A DNA stretch of 64,000 nucleotides, taken from positions 7,963-71,962 of the forward strand of contig CAYGBW010000093.1 in assembly GCA_964348185.1 (NCBI GenBank). Direction: 5' to 3'. The stretch's first letter is position 1. Every line of letters begins with the position of its first letter. Of the stretch, positions 8,919-19,337 are shown in pieces. The position numbers were made by a program, and so were the translations under genes. This DNA comes from an uncultured Thermodesulfobacteriota bacterium (lineage in GTDB: Bacteria > Desulfobacterota > BSN033 > WVXP01). The notes beneath the pieces are model-generated. The model did no database searches. It was not told the origin of the DNA and saw only the letters and a program-made list of their open reading frames with translations.

Positions 8919-9995
8919 TCACCCCGATTCCCCTATCTCAGGCGCCCTCCGAGCCACCTCGATGACAAGAGCAACAGTCTGTTCGAAGTCTCTGAGATCG
9001 ACGACGCTGCTTGGGGAATGGATATATCGACAGGGAACCGAGATGATCCCTGTCCGAACTCCCCCTCGGCTCAAGTGAATGGGCCCTGCATCGGTGCCGC
9101 CGTAAAGGGGCACTTTGTGTTGCCATGGAATCTTCAGGGTATCCGCGGCGTGCTCAATGAAACGGACAAAGGCAGGATCCACGATGATCGATTTGTCGGC
9201 CACCGAAATGGCAGGCCCCTTACCCAGTCGACTCGGGCATTTGTGGCCAGGAGTGCCCGGGGTGTCGGCCCCAACGGTCCCCTCGAGGACCAGGGCCACG
9301 TCTGGCTGAATCTGGTAACCCGCCGTTTTGGCCCCCCGGAGACCCACCTCCTCGCCTACAGCGAAATTGGCGACCACGGTAAAACCCGGAAGGTTCTCGG
9401 TAAAATACTCCAGACATCGGATGAGAACGGCACACCCTACCCGGTCATCGAGTGCCTTGCCCATGACACGATGTTCGGTCAGGATCTGAAAGGGATAGGC
9501 CAACGTTGCCGGTGTTCCAGGTCCGATACCCATTGCGAAAACAGCCTCTTTCGACTCCGCTCCCACATCGATAAAAAGGTCCTCACTCTTCCACGGCTTC
9601 TTCTGGTCTTCGGATGTCTGAACATGAGGGGGCAAGGCGCCAATCACACCCCGGTATCTCTTGCCCTCTCTCGATCTGATCTCAACCTGTTGGCCCGCAA
9701 GTATTCGGGAATCCCACCCGCCCAACAGGGCGAATCGAAGGAATCCGCCCTCTTCCACATGACTGACCATCACCCCGATCTCATCCATATGGGCATCGAG
9801 CATGAGGGTGAAATCTCGACCCGGATTCATCCGGACGATGAGATTCCCCAGGGCATCCGTCTCGATGTTGTCGGCCAGGTCTCTGACTTTCTCAGAGATC
9901 CAGTCGCGAACCTCATTTTCAAATCCTGATACCCCGAACCTATTGGATAGCTGCTCAAGGAGATCAACGGTGTTCACGGTCAAACCCTTTCTCAC
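8919..9995 (-). CDS. M42 family metallopeptidase (glutamyl aminopeptidase / FrvX-like)
   Basis: 358 aa with M42 features (LMLDAHMDEIG, GALDDRVGCAV, EEVGLRGA). Confidence 0.8.
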   Translation of the reverse strand: MRKGLTVNTVDLLEQLSNRFGVSGFENEVRDWISEKVRDLADNIETDALGNLIVRMNPGRDFTLMLDAHMDEIGVMVSHVEEGGFLRFALLGGWDSRILAGQQVEIRSREGKRYRGVIGALPPHVQTSEDQKKPWKSEDLFIDVGAESKEAVFAMGIGPGTPATLAYPFQILTEHRVMGKALDDRVGCAVLIRCLEYFTENLPGFTVVANFAVGEEVGLRGAKTAGYQIQPDVALVLEGTVGADTPGTPGHKCPSRLGKGPAISVADKSIIVDPAFVRFIEHAADTLKIPWQHKVPLYGGTDAGPIHLSRGGVRTGIISVPCRYIHSPSSVVDLRDFEQTVALVIEVARRAPEIGESG

Positions 9996-10195
9996 GAATC
10001 AATGGATAACGGATACCGACGACTCTGACGGGACAGAAAGTGATTTTCTGAAGCCCATCTTCCCTGACTTGGTTCGTCGATTCCAACCGGGAGAGTGGCT
10101 GGCTTTCCCCAACCTGAGGGGTAAGAACCTAGGCTGGCAGGGGCTCTCAATGAGTCTGAAGAACTGACCACACCCGTTGAATCGATCAAGCGATG

Positions 10196-10537
10196 CTACC
10201 CCGAAGTGGCACGAAGAAGAACTCCAGGGAACCGACTGAGGATATACTCAACAGATTCATTGGAGCGTTTGAACCTGAGAAGGGCCTCTATCTCCAGGAG
10301 TTGCTCTGACGACAAAAGATCTCCCCTCAGTTCCACCCCGTAATGACTTTTGATTTTTTGGAGAAGGATCGTCTTGATCTCCCTTTCATAGGAAATGTAG
10401 TCAGGATCCGATGGGATCCTGAAGATTTTTCCGCCGTACTTAGAGCCGAGTTTCGAGGCCTCCTGGGATCTGACAAAGGGCGAAGAGAAAAAGAACGAGA
10501 AGAGAACCACGAGAGAAATGGCAAGGGTCGTTTTCTT
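10196..10537 (-). CDS. Small secreted hypothetical protein
   Basis: Signal peptide MKKTTLAISLVVLFSFFFSSPFVRSQEA. No recognisable domain. Confidence 0.45.
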   Translation of the reverse strand, partial: KKTTLAISLVVLFSFFFSSPFVRSQEASKLGSKYGGKIFRIPSDPDYISYEREIKTILLQKIKSHYGVELRGDLLSSEQLLEIEALLRFKRSNESVEYILSRFPGVLLRATSG

Positions 10538-10637
10538 CATGGTGAAACACGCCTCCTTGTAGTGGAATAGCACCCTTTCCTCATACTCACATCCAAGGGA
10601 TAGGTCAATCCAATCGATTCCGTCGCCCGAGTTTCCC

Positions 10638-11027
10638 TTAAATGGGGATGGGACAGCGTTTCAAGAGTGACTGAAGCTTTCGGTTCCCTCCAATTTCGAG
10701 TTTCAGTGATTTCAACCCGTGTTTATACCCCAGGGTTTCTCGTTCCTGGCTGTTCCAGACGACCTCGGTCAGGGCCTTGAGGCTGGAGAATCTAAAGTCG
10801 TCTTTGTAGTACAATTCGATGATGAGCCGGTTTCCAGGCGAAACCCGCTCATTCAAATAAACAGAGAGTCCTCCGACTGCCGCGTTTTCTGCCATCCCCA
10901 CCTGAATCGGTCCTTTCCTTCTGTTTTCAACGACGTGACAGTCAACGGGGAGGTCGATCAGATATCGACGGTACCTTCTCCTTTCCCTCATTCGAGGATC
11001 GAGTGTGTCGGCCTGGTTGTCGATCAT
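10638..11027 (-). CDS. PilZ domain protein
   Basis: RRYRRY (RxxxR-like) followed by D...VGMAENAAVGGLSV (DxSxxG-like), 129 aa. Confidence 0.6.
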   Translation of the reverse strand: MIDNQADTLDPRMRERRRYRRYLIDLPVDCHVVENRRKGPIQVGMAENAAVGGLSVYLNERVSPGNRLIIELYYKDDFRFSSLKALTEVVWNSQERETLGYKHGLKSLKLEIGGNRKLQSLLKRCPIPI

Positions 11028-11359
11028 CAGGATCCTTTCCTAAGGGAAATGCTCGTGTTTTCGTTTGAACTGTTGATGCATCTTCTGTGCCAACCGGTCT
11101 CCTGCCAGGCCGTGTTGAAATTCCCATTTTTCTTGATGTAAGCCACCACGCCCCCCACGTTGAAAACCCGCTCCATCTCCCGGACTTTTGCTATTAAGTA
11201 TGACAGATTTTCGGCTATTCTGCAACCGCTTGTCAGACTATGGAATCCTTGCTCAGGATGGTTTTTCCGGCTGTCAGAAAACCCGTTCTCTTATCATCGG
11301 AAACCCAGGGAGACCGATCGCCGATCGCAGTCCAGGGGTCGAAAGAGACAACCAAAGAT

Positions 11360-11389
11360 TTGACGGATCGATCGATTTAATCCTATAAT
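11360..11389 (+). promoter_or_regulatory. Sigma-70-type promoter upstream of nifU: TTGACG (11360-11365), 18-nt spacer, TATAAT (11384-11389)
   Basis: Near-consensus hexamers read directly. GAGGAGG RBS at 11411-11417 precedes the ATG at 11423. Confidence 0.55.
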
Positions 11390-11422
11390 ATAATGGAAAA
11401 ATCCGGAGTCGAGGAGGACCAG

Positions 11423-12268
11423 ATGTGGGAATATACGGGGAAAGTGAAAGACCATTTCTTGAATCCAAGAAATGTGGGGGAAATCGATGATCCCGATGGA
11501 GTCGGGGAGGTGGGTTCCCTGGCCTGTGGAGATGCGCTCCGGCTAACCTTCAAACTCGATGAAAACAAACGGATCAAAGACGTCAAGTTCAAGACCTTTG
11601 GGTGCGCCAGCGCCATCGCGTCATCTTCCGCCCTGACGGAAATCGTCAAGGGGATGACCCTGGAGGAGGCGGAAAAGGTCACAAATCAGGATATTGCCCG
11701 CTATCTGGGAGGTCTTCCCGAGGAAAAGATGCACTGCTCTGTTATGGGAAAAGAGGCCCTGGAGGCTGCCATTGCCAACTACCGAGGAGAAAAACCCCTA
11801 ACAGGCGAATTTGAGATCGTCTGCAAGTGCTTCGGCATCACGGACAGGGAAATCGAGCGTGCGGCCAGAGACAACCATCTCACCACCCGGGAACAGGTCA
11901 CCCACTATACCAAGGCAGGGGGGGGATGTCAATCGTGTCACCCCAAGATCGAAGCAATTCTGGCAAGGATGTGGGGAGAAAAGGAGAAGGGGCCGGCGCC
12001 TCCGCAGCCCTCGCCGGAAAAGAAACTGACCAATCTTCAGAAGATGAAACTCGTCGAGGAGACACTGGAGCGGGAGATCATCCCACCCATGAGGGCCGAT
12101 GGGGGCGATCTCGAACTCATCGACATCGATGGAAACACGGTTTATGTAGCTCTGCGCGGGACCTGTTCTTTCTGCCCCAGCTCTGACTTCACTCTGAAGA
12201 ACTATGTGGAGACCAAACTCAGAGAATTCGTAAGCCCCGAAATGGTCGTCGAGGAGGTCAAGTCATGA
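11423..12268 (+). CDS. nifU: Fe-S cluster assembly scaffold NifU (IscU-like N-domain plus C-terminal NifU domain)
   Basis: Starts MWEYTGKVKDHFLNPRN. Contains GSLACGDALRL, the central CxxC region and C-terminal GTCSFCPSS. Confidence 0.85.
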   Translation: MWEYTGKVKDHFLNPRNVGEIDDPDGVGEVGSLACGDALRLTFKLDENKRIKDVKFKTFGCASAIASSSALTEIVKGMTLEEAEKVTNQDIARYLGGLPEEKMHCSVMGKEALEAAIANYRGEKPLTGEFEIVCKCFGITDREIERAARDNHLTTREQVTHYTKAGGGCQSCHPKIEAILARMWGEKEKGPAPPQPSPEKKLTNLQKMKLVEETLEREIIPPMRADGGDLELIDIDGNTVYVALRGTCSFCPSSDFTLKNYVETKLREFVSPEMVVEEVKS

Positions 12269-13488
12269 GAACCGTCTATCTGGACAACAATGCAACTACC
12301 CGGGTGGCTCCGGAAGTCGTCGAAGCGATTCTCCCCTACTTTACTGACCTGTACGGGAATCCCTCCAGCATGCATTACTTTGGAGGGCAAGTCGAACAGA
12401 AAGTCTCAGAGGCGAGAGAAAGGATTGCGACCCTCCTCCATGCAGACCCTTCGGAGATTGTTTTTACCAGCTGCGGCACGGAGAGTGATAATGCGGCCAT
12501 CAGGGGTACCCTGGAATCGTACCCCGACAAGAATCACGTGATTACGTCTCGGGTCGAGCACCCTGCTGTTCTGAACGTCGGCCAATACCTGAGAGCCAGG
12601 GGATACCGCGTGACAGAGTTGGGAGTAGACCGCGAGGGACGGCTCGATCTGGATGAACTCCGAGAAACAATCACAGACCGGACGGCCCTGGTCAGTATCA
12701 TGTATGCCAATAACGAGACTGGCGTGATTTTCCCTATCGAGGAAATCGGAGAGATTGTCAAGGCGAGAGGAATCTCCTTCCACACCGATGCGGTTCAAGC
12801 CGTGGGTAAAATCCCCCTCGATATGTCGAAGAGCCATATCGACCTCATGTCCCTCTCGGGACATAAGCTCCACGCCCCCAAGGGGATTGGCGTTCTCTAT
12901 ATTCGCAAAGGAACAAGATTTTCGCCTTTTTTTATCGGGGGCCATCAGGAAGGAGGAAGGCGGGGAGGCACGGAAAACGTCCCCTACATTATCGGTCTGG
13001 GAAAAGCGGCTGAGCTCGCCATGGAACGCATGGAGGAGGAGAACGTGCGGGTCCGGGCCCTGAGAGATCGGCTGGAAGCTGAGCTCCTAAAGAGGATTCC
13101 CAACACCCTGGTCAACGGGGACCGGGAACACCGGCTTCCGAACACCTGTAGCCTCAGCTTTGAATATGTGGAAGGGGAGTCGATCCTTCTCCTGTTGAGC
13201 AACGAAGGCATCTGTGCCTCTTCGGGCTCGGCCTGCACCTCGGGATCTCTCGAACCCTCACACGTGTTGCGAGCCATGGGGGTACCGTTCACCGCGGCCC
13301 ATGGATCTATCCGGTTCAGTCTGAGTATCTACAATCCGCCCGAAGACGTCGACGCGGTCATTGAGAAGCTCCCCCCGATTGTGGAGAGGCTGAGAGAGAT
13401 CTCTCCCTTCTGGAAAGACTACAAGGAGGGAAAGGAGATTTCATCTTTCATGGCGGGTATCCATCCAGAACACACGGGCCGCGGATAG
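12265..13488 (+). CDS. nifS: Cysteine desulfurase NifS
   Basis: Class V aminotransferase fold, SGHKLHAPKGIGVLYIR lysine motif, active-site Cys in SSGSACTSG. Confidence 0.85.
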   Translation: MRTVYLDNNATTRVAPEVVEAILPYFTDLYGNPSSMHYFGGQVEQKVSEARERIATLLHADPSEIVFTSCGTESDNAAIRGTLESYPDKNHVITSRVEHPAVLNVGQYLRARGYRVTELGVDREGRLDLDELRETITDRTALVSIMYANNETGVIFPIEEIGEIVKARGISFHTDAVQAVGKIPLDMSKSHIDLMSLSGHKLHAPKGIGVLYIRKGTRFSPFFIGGHQEGGRRGGTENVPYIIGLGKAAELAMERMEEENVRVRALRDRLEAELLKRIPNTLVNGDREHRLPNTCSLSFEYVEGESILLLLSNEGICASSGSACTSGSLEPSHVLRAMGVPFTAAHGSIRFSLSIYNPPEDVDAVIEKLPPIVERLREISPFWKDYKEGKEISSFMAGIHPEHTGRG

Positions 13489-13611
13489 ATGGGACACGGA
13501 ATCATCCTCGGCCCTTTCGATCGCCATCATTGGCCTTTACCCATCAACGCTCGGGTATGAGGTATCCGTCTTGATCCTGTTGGTCCCTGGCAACTGGACG
13601 GGGGGGAGACT

Positions 13612-15030
13612 TCACGCGCGATGCCCCCGGCGCGCTCCCCAGAGGTAACTCCCGGCGAACAGGAGAATCAGAGACAGGAGAACACCCTGGAAACCGGGGC
13701 TCAGGTCAAGGAATCTCTCTGAAACAAAGGGGCCGAGAGGGGTTGTATTTCCGATCACGACCCACCCCCCTCCCCCGATAATTCCACTCATGGCTCCCAC
13801 GGTGTTGAGCCTCAGTTTTTGCCCATGAAAGCCGAAAACCACGGGGACCACGAGCCCCCCGGTGTAGATGGAGTATCCGAATAGAAGGAGGCTGATAACT
13901 CCCCGGAATTTCAGAGCAAACCCCAGGGCCACCAGGCCAAAGAAAATCACGGCCAGCCTCGAAAGGAGAAGGATCTTCCTCTCATCCAATCCCCCTCCCC
14001 GAAAGCGCTTGACAAGATCATTCACAATATCCATGGAGAAGATGGTACTTGCCGTCAGCAGAACGGTGTCGGCCGAAGACATGAGGGCGCACAAAAGGGC
14101 TGCCATGACGAGGGCATTGATTCCCCAGGGCAGCACTTCCTTGATCATAAAGGGAAACACCTCCTCACCGGAGAGAGAGGGAGCCAGGACCCTGTCTGAC
14201 ATACCGACGAGGGCAATGGAGAAGGCAAGGGGGATCAGCATCAAGGCGGTGAGAAGGACACTTCTCCGCGCGGTTTTTCCGTCCCTCGATGAGAAGAGGC
14301 GTGAATAGATGTCCGGCCCCACCAGATAGGCCGAGCCTACGAGGATCAACCATTCGATGAGGGTTTTCCAGGAGAAGTGGGAATTGACCGGGAAAGAGAA
14401 ATACTCTCTGGGAAGGTTTTCCTTCACGACCGCGAACCCCCCGACCCGCTGCAACCCGAAATAGCCACAGAGGAGAATCCCCACAATCAGGATGGCAGAC
14501 TGTACCGCGTCGGTTCGGATAATCGAGATCTGACCTCCCAGGATCGTGTAAGCGATGAATACGGTTGCAGAAACAGCCATCATCAAGGAGAGACTGCCAG
14601 GCATGAGGGTACTGAGAATTCGTCCTGAGGCGACAACCTGACCGCCGATGATTCCCAGCCAGGCCCAGACGATGACGAGGGAAGCAACGACCTTGACAGA
14701 GGCTCCGTATTGGTTTTCCAGAAGCTCAGGCAGGGTAAAGAGACCGTAGTCCCGGATTCTCCCCGCCAGGAAAAGAGACAGGAAAAGGAGCCCAACTACA
14801 CCGACCAGCATCCACCAGGCTCCGACAAGTCCCCAGGAAAAACCCTTCCCGGCCATGCCCACCGTGCTCGATCCCCCGACAATTGTGGCCAGCAAGGATC
14901 CCGTGATGAAGAGGGGACGGCCTTTTCGATCGGCCACGAAGAAGGTCTCGATCCCCTTGACTTTCCGGGCACTCGCAATGCCGATCCCCATCATGCCGAT
15001 GAAGTAAACCATGAGAAGAATCAAAATCAT
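13612..15030 (-). CDS. Sodium:solute symporter (SSS) family transporter
   Basis: Polytopic membrane protein starting MILILLMVYFIGMMGIGI with the SSS-typical N-terminus. Start taken at an internal Met of ORF 13612..15072. Confidence 0.7.
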   Translation of the reverse strand: MILILLMVYFIGMMGIGIASARKVKGIETFFVADRKGRPLFITGSLLATIVGGSSTVGMAGKGFSWGLVGAWWMLVGVVGLLFLSLFLAGRIRDYGLFTLPELLENQYGASVKVVASLVIVWAWLGIIGGQVVASGRILSTLMPGSLSLMMAVSATVFIAYTILGGQISIIRTDAVQSAILIVGILLCGYFGLQRVGGFAVVKENLPREYFSFPVNSHFSWKTLIEWLILVGSAYLVGPDIYSRLFSSRDGKTARRSVLLTALMLIPLAFSIALVGMSDRVLAPSLSGEEVFPFMIKEVLPWGINALVMAALLCALMSSADTVLLTASTIFSMDIVNDLVKRFRGGGLDERKILLLSRLAVIFFGLVALGFALKFRGVISLLLFGYSIYTGGLVVPVVFGFHGQKLRLNTVGAMSGIIGGGGWVVIGNTTPLGPFVSERFLDLSPGFQGVLLSLILLFAGSYLWGARRGHRA

Positions 15031-15291
15031 TTCACCGTTCCTTTCATGAAGATAGAACTGAAAACAGGGCAAATATCACAAAGAGGGACCAATTGTCAAC
15101 GGCCCATCCTCAATCGGTTTACAAATGTCCTTCCTTCGGCCTCGCCCGGGATGGGCCAATGGGTAGAGGGCGCGAGCGGTATGGGGCGCTGGGAACGCTC
15201 TCTGGAGGGGCCGCTCTGAGGTTGGATATGAGCGAGGATTTGTGGTATTCAAAAAGGGAATACCCCCGGTTCTATAGGGTGGGAGGAGAGA

Positions 15292-16319
15292 CGGTGAAGG
15301 CCATGATTCTGGCGGCTGGCCTGGGAACTCGACTGCTTCCGTTGACAAGAGAGATCGCAAAACCTGCCATCCCCTTTGCCAACCGCCCTTTGATCCATCA
15401 CTGCCTCGAGTGGCTCGAAGAGAACGGGGTGGAAGAAGTGGTGATCAACCTCCACTATCACCCCCAATCGGTCGTTGCCGCCATAATGCAAGGCTCGTGG
15501 CCGTTGAAAATCAACTTTTCCCATGAGCCCATTCTCCTTGGAACGGCCGGGGGCCTTAAGAAGGCGGAAGGACACTTTCAGGACAGCACATTCGCCATGG
15601 TCAATAGCGACAGTCTCTCTGAGATCGACCTGGCTGCCCCCACGGCCTATCACAGGGAGAAGGGCGCAATGGCAACCATGGTTCTCAAGGAAAAGCCTTC
15701 TGAAGACCCCTATGGAACCGTTCGTATTGACGGGGAGGGCCGTGTTAGAGACATCAAGGGTAGGGGGGTACCCCAAGGAGAGGGGAGAGGATACACGTTC
15801 ACCGGGATTCACCTCTTTGAACCCGAGATATTCCGGTGGGTTCCATCGGGTCGCCTTTTTGAAATCAACCGCATGGTCTACCCTCGACTGATCCAGGAGG
15901 GTCGAGGGGTTTGGGGGTACGTCACAGACGCTTTCTGGGCCGAAGTCGGAAGCCATGAAACCTACCTCCAGGCCCATCGGGACTTTTTGGTTCGCCGGTC
16001 TTTCGGTGTGGTCAGCGAAACCCACCTCTCCTCTCGCATAGAATTGGTGCCTCCCGTCCTCATTGGTCGGGGATGCCACATTGGAGATGGCGCGCGAATC
16101 GGCCCCTTGGCCATTGTGGGTCACAACTGTGATATGGGACAGAGGGCCGTCGTTGAGGATTCGGTCCTTTGGAATGAGGTGACCCTTGGCCCCGGTGCCC
16201 GGGTGAGGGGTTCCATCGTGGGACACGGGGCCACCATTCCCCCAGGAACCCAGTTGAGGGGGATGGCGATCTGGGGTGGAGAGCAAAAAAGGATCGACTC
16301 AGGAGAGGACAAACGGTGA
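15292..16319 (+). CDS. Sugar-1-phosphate nucleotidyltransferase with C-terminal left-handed beta-helix (MurU/GlmU-like)
   Basis: KAMILAAGLGTRLLPLT pyrophosphorylase signature, then hexapeptide repeats. The track ORF starts at 15093 but the conserved N-terminus begins near 15292/15301. Confidence 0.7.
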
Positions 16320-16362
16320 GATCTCCGATTGAGGCAAGAAATGAGTCGATCCTCCCTTCCGG

Positions 16363-17421
16363 ATGGCGGCGGCGATTGCTTCGAGGGGTCAGATGAGGGT
16401 TGGCAAGAGGGACCTTCTGAGTTTTGTCGGACGGTCTCTTCCAGGAAGAATCATCAATCTCACCTGGGAACAGCTCGGGGGAGATGCCTCAGATCGTAAC
16501 TACTACCGTCTTCACCTGAGTGGCGAGGCGACGGAGGTCCCCGAAACGCTGGTGGTGATGGAACTCCAGGGGTCTTTTTCCGCTGAGGAGCTGCCTTTCA
16601 TCAACATCCTCCGTACCCTGGAGAGATCAGGCCTCGGTGTTCCGCGATTGTACGGGATTGACTCTCAGCTGGGCCTTATTCTCCTTGAGGATCTCGGAGA
16701 CGAGATTCTTCAAAAAAGAGTTAAGGGACAAAGGGCTGACTTCATCGAGGCGCTCTATCGCGAGGCTCTTGACCTGGTTGTGAAAATGCAGTGCGATCTG
16801 GCCCCATCAGCAGACTGTTTGGCCTTTCAGACAGCCTTTACCGTGGAGAGGTTTGTCTGGGAGCTGGATTTCTTCAGGACCCACTATATCGAGGGCCTCC
16901 TCGGGAAAAGGATCCATCCCACTGACCGGAAGGCCATGGACCGTTTCTTTTTCTGGCTTTCCTCCCTTTTGGATGGGGAAAAAAAGGCCTTCACCCACCG
17001 GGACTTTCATTCGAGAAACCTGATCTACCATGCCGGGAGGCTGAAAATGCTCGATTTCCAGGATGCCCGAATGGGACCGCCCCTGTACGACGTAGCCTCC
17101 CTCCTCAGAGACTCTTACGTGGTTTTTGAGGAGGGTCCCATGGGGTCTCTCCTCGGCTACTATAGGTCGGAATTGGAGGGAAGGGGCGGGGCGAAGATCG
17201 ATGGATCCCGATTCCGTTACCTCTTCGACATGACCTGCCTGCAGCGAAATCTGAAAGCCATTGGCACCTTTGCCTACCAGGCCGTTGAACGGAAGAACCC
17301 GGTGTACCTGAAATACATCCCTGACACGCTGATCTATGTCGAGAACAACCTCAACCGATATGACGAACTCGCGTTCTGGCGAGAGATCCTTTCTCGGTAT
17401 CTCCCCTTCCATGAGGGCTAG
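16363..17421 (+). CDS. Aminoglycoside-phosphotransferase-fold kinase (AmgK-like anomeric sugar kinase candidate)
   Basis: HRDFHSRNLIY catalytic loop and LDFQDARMGPPLYDVASLL (Brenner/DFG-like). Adjacent to the nucleotidyltransferase. Confidence 0.65.
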   Translation: MAAAIASRGQMRVGKRDLLSFVGRSLPGRIINLTWEQLGGDASDRNYYRLHLSGEATEVPETLVVMELQGSFSAEELPFINILRTLERSGLGVPRLYGIDSQLGLILLEDLGDEILQKRVKGQRADFIEALYREALDLVVKMQCDLAPSADCLAFQTAFTVERFVWELDFFRTHYIEGLLGKRIHPTDRKAMDRFFFWLSSLLDGEKKAFTHRDFHSRNLIYHAGRLKMLDFQDARMGPPLYDVASLLRDSYVVFEEGPMGSLLGYYRSELEGRGGAKIDGSRFRYLFDMTCLQRNLKAIGTFAYQAVERKNPVYLKYIPDTLIYVENNLNRYDELAFWREILSRYLPFHEG

Positions 17422-17505
17422 ATTCTTTAAAGAGAGGTGGTCCGTTCTAAGTCCGTCAAACAACCCATCCCCTCCGGGGAATGGGCGATTCGTCCTTTCC
17501 CTCCT

Positions 17506-18690
17506 CTAGAGCTTCGTCGGGGATATCTCTTTTTCATTTGAATCGATTTCACACTGCTTGATCTTATAAAGGAGGGCCTTGTAGCTGATGCCGAGAAGCC
17601 TGGCCGCCTTTCTCCGATTCCAGCGAGTCTCATACAGGGTTCTTAGAATAACCTGTCTCTCAGCTTCAAGGGCTGCCTTTCGACCAATCTCTTTGAGAGA
17701 GACCGCCTGACGACCTTCGATATATTCATCCTGCCTTTTTGATTCTTGGGGTTGCTGCGGCTCTGTGGAAAAATGCTGATAAAGCGGCTTTTTGATGACG
17801 CTCTCATTTCCCAACACGACCAAACGTTTCACCATGTTTTCAAGCTCACGAACATTTCCGGGCCACTCGTATCGCATGAGTAGGTCGTTCATCTCTGGTG
17901 ATAGCGTAGGGACAGGTTTTCCGTATTCTCGACTGCCCTTTTGAAGAAGATATTGGGTCAAGAAAGGAATTTCTTCCTTCCTCTCTCTCAGAGGGGGCAC
18001 GTCAATTCTGAGAACATTGAGTCGGTAGTACAGGTCCTCTCTGAAACGACCGGTCCTAACGGATTCTTCCAGGTTTCGGTTTGTTGCAACAAGAACACGC
18101 ACATCGACCCGAACGTCGCCTTTTCCCCCAACCCTCGAGAACTCTCCATCCTGAAGAACCTGCAGAAGCTTAGCCTGAACAGGCAGGTTTACTTCAGTGA
18201 TCTCATCGAGGAATATGGTACCTCTATGGGCCAGTTCAAATCTCCCGGGTTTTCCACGATAAGCCCCGGTGAATGCGCCCTTCTCATAACCGAACAGCTC
18301 CGCCTCGAGCAGTTGTTCGGGCAAAGCGGCACAATTGACTTTTGTGAAAGGCATGGGTCTTCTACCCGATCGATGATGCAAGGTACGGGCGACCAATTCC
18401 TTTCCAACACCACTTTCTCCTTGGATGACGACCGTAACGTCGGTATCCGCTGCCTGGTTGATTGTGTCGATGATCCTTGAAGTCTTGTCACTCTCATAGA
18501 AGAAAGGAACATACCGACTGGGACCGTCACCGTTATTCCACGGTATCAGTAAGTGCTTTCCAGCGATTTCAGAAGGGATCGAGGTTCGTGAATGGCTCTG
18601 TTCTCCGGAAGCATGATCGAAGCTCCGATTTTCATTTGAAGGTCTATGCCTTCCCCCGACAATTCCGATTCTGTCTGAGTCCATTTTCAT
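17506..18690 (-). CDS. Sigma-54-dependent transcriptional activator (AAA+ plus Fis HTH, no receiver domain)
   Basis: GESGVGKE Walker A, YEWPGNVRELEN, C-terminal HTH ARLLGISYKALLYKIK. Confidence 0.85.
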   Translation of the reverse strand: MKMDSDRIGIVGGRHRPSNENRSFDHASGEQSHSRTSIPSEIAGKHLLIPWNNGDGPSRYVPFFYESDKTSRIIDTINQAADTDVTVVIQGESGVGKELVARTLHHRSGRRPMPFTKVNCAALPEQLLEAELFGYEKGAFTGAYRGKPGRFELAHRGTIFLDEITEVNLPVQAKLLQVLQDGEFSRVGGKGDVRVDVRVLVATNRNLEESVRTGRFREDLYYRLNVLRIDVPPLRERKEEIPFLTQYLLQKGSREYGKPVPTLSPEMNDLLMRYEWPGNVRELENMVKRLVVLGNESVIKKPLYQHFSTEPQQPQESKRQDEYIEGRQAVSLKEIGRKAALEAERQVILRTLYETRWNRRKAARLLGISYKALLYKIKQCEIDSNEKEISPTKL

Positions 18691-19337
18691 GGCTGTTTCC
18701 TGCCTGCTCTGCGAACGAACTGTGCGTTTGCTAACCCGGACCGTTCTTTTATCGCTTCTTCTTTCATTGTAAACTAGACTCTTAAAGAATAAATACGGTG
18801 AACCCTGTATTTTATCCTCAAAAACACTGCATTTTGGGGTCGGTTTAGTCTGCAGGACGCCCTCGGGGAAGGATCTTTAGAAAGGCGATCCAGGAGTCTC
18901 CCCGGTCGCGTGTCCCCAGCGGAATTTGATCGTGGTCAAGGATCGTCCCACTGGGGCCCTGATAGAAAAACAACCATTTGGCGCGTTTCCGTACAGATGC
19001 CCATGCCACACTGGGTCCGACTTCATGTTCATTCGATTTCTGGTTGTTTAGGCAGGTCACCCAGAGAGGGTGTGGATATCCTGTGTATAAAGTGAATTCC
19101 TAAAGTCATAAGTGGTGATTGGGACAGAGGAAACAGCAATTTGCCTATTTTCTACTCATAGAGAAAGTAGTTTACATTCAAAGGGCTACACTGAAAAGAA
19201 CGCCGGTTTATCTGTTAAGGGAGGAAAATAGGAGGCCAATGATCAGGCGGTGACTGAGGGTGTGGATAACTTGTTCCCCTTGGCTGATAGCCGAACCCTT
19301 CCAAAGAACGAGGCGTCTGAATTCAGCTATGGAGAAC

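Noticed and set aside
15093-15291. Upstream extension of the nucleotidyltransferase ORF
   Set aside because: The conserved pyrophosphorylase N-terminus (KAMILAAGLGTRL) begins at about 15292. The extension overlaps the SSS transporter gene end region and is Arg/Gly-rich.
18691-19337. 650-bp non-coding gap upstream of the sigma-54 activator searched for a sigma-54 (GG-N10-GC) promoter or sRNA
   Set aside because: No convincing TGGCAC-N5-TTGCW match on either strand. Only weak partial matches (for example ggcaaattgctg on the minus strand).
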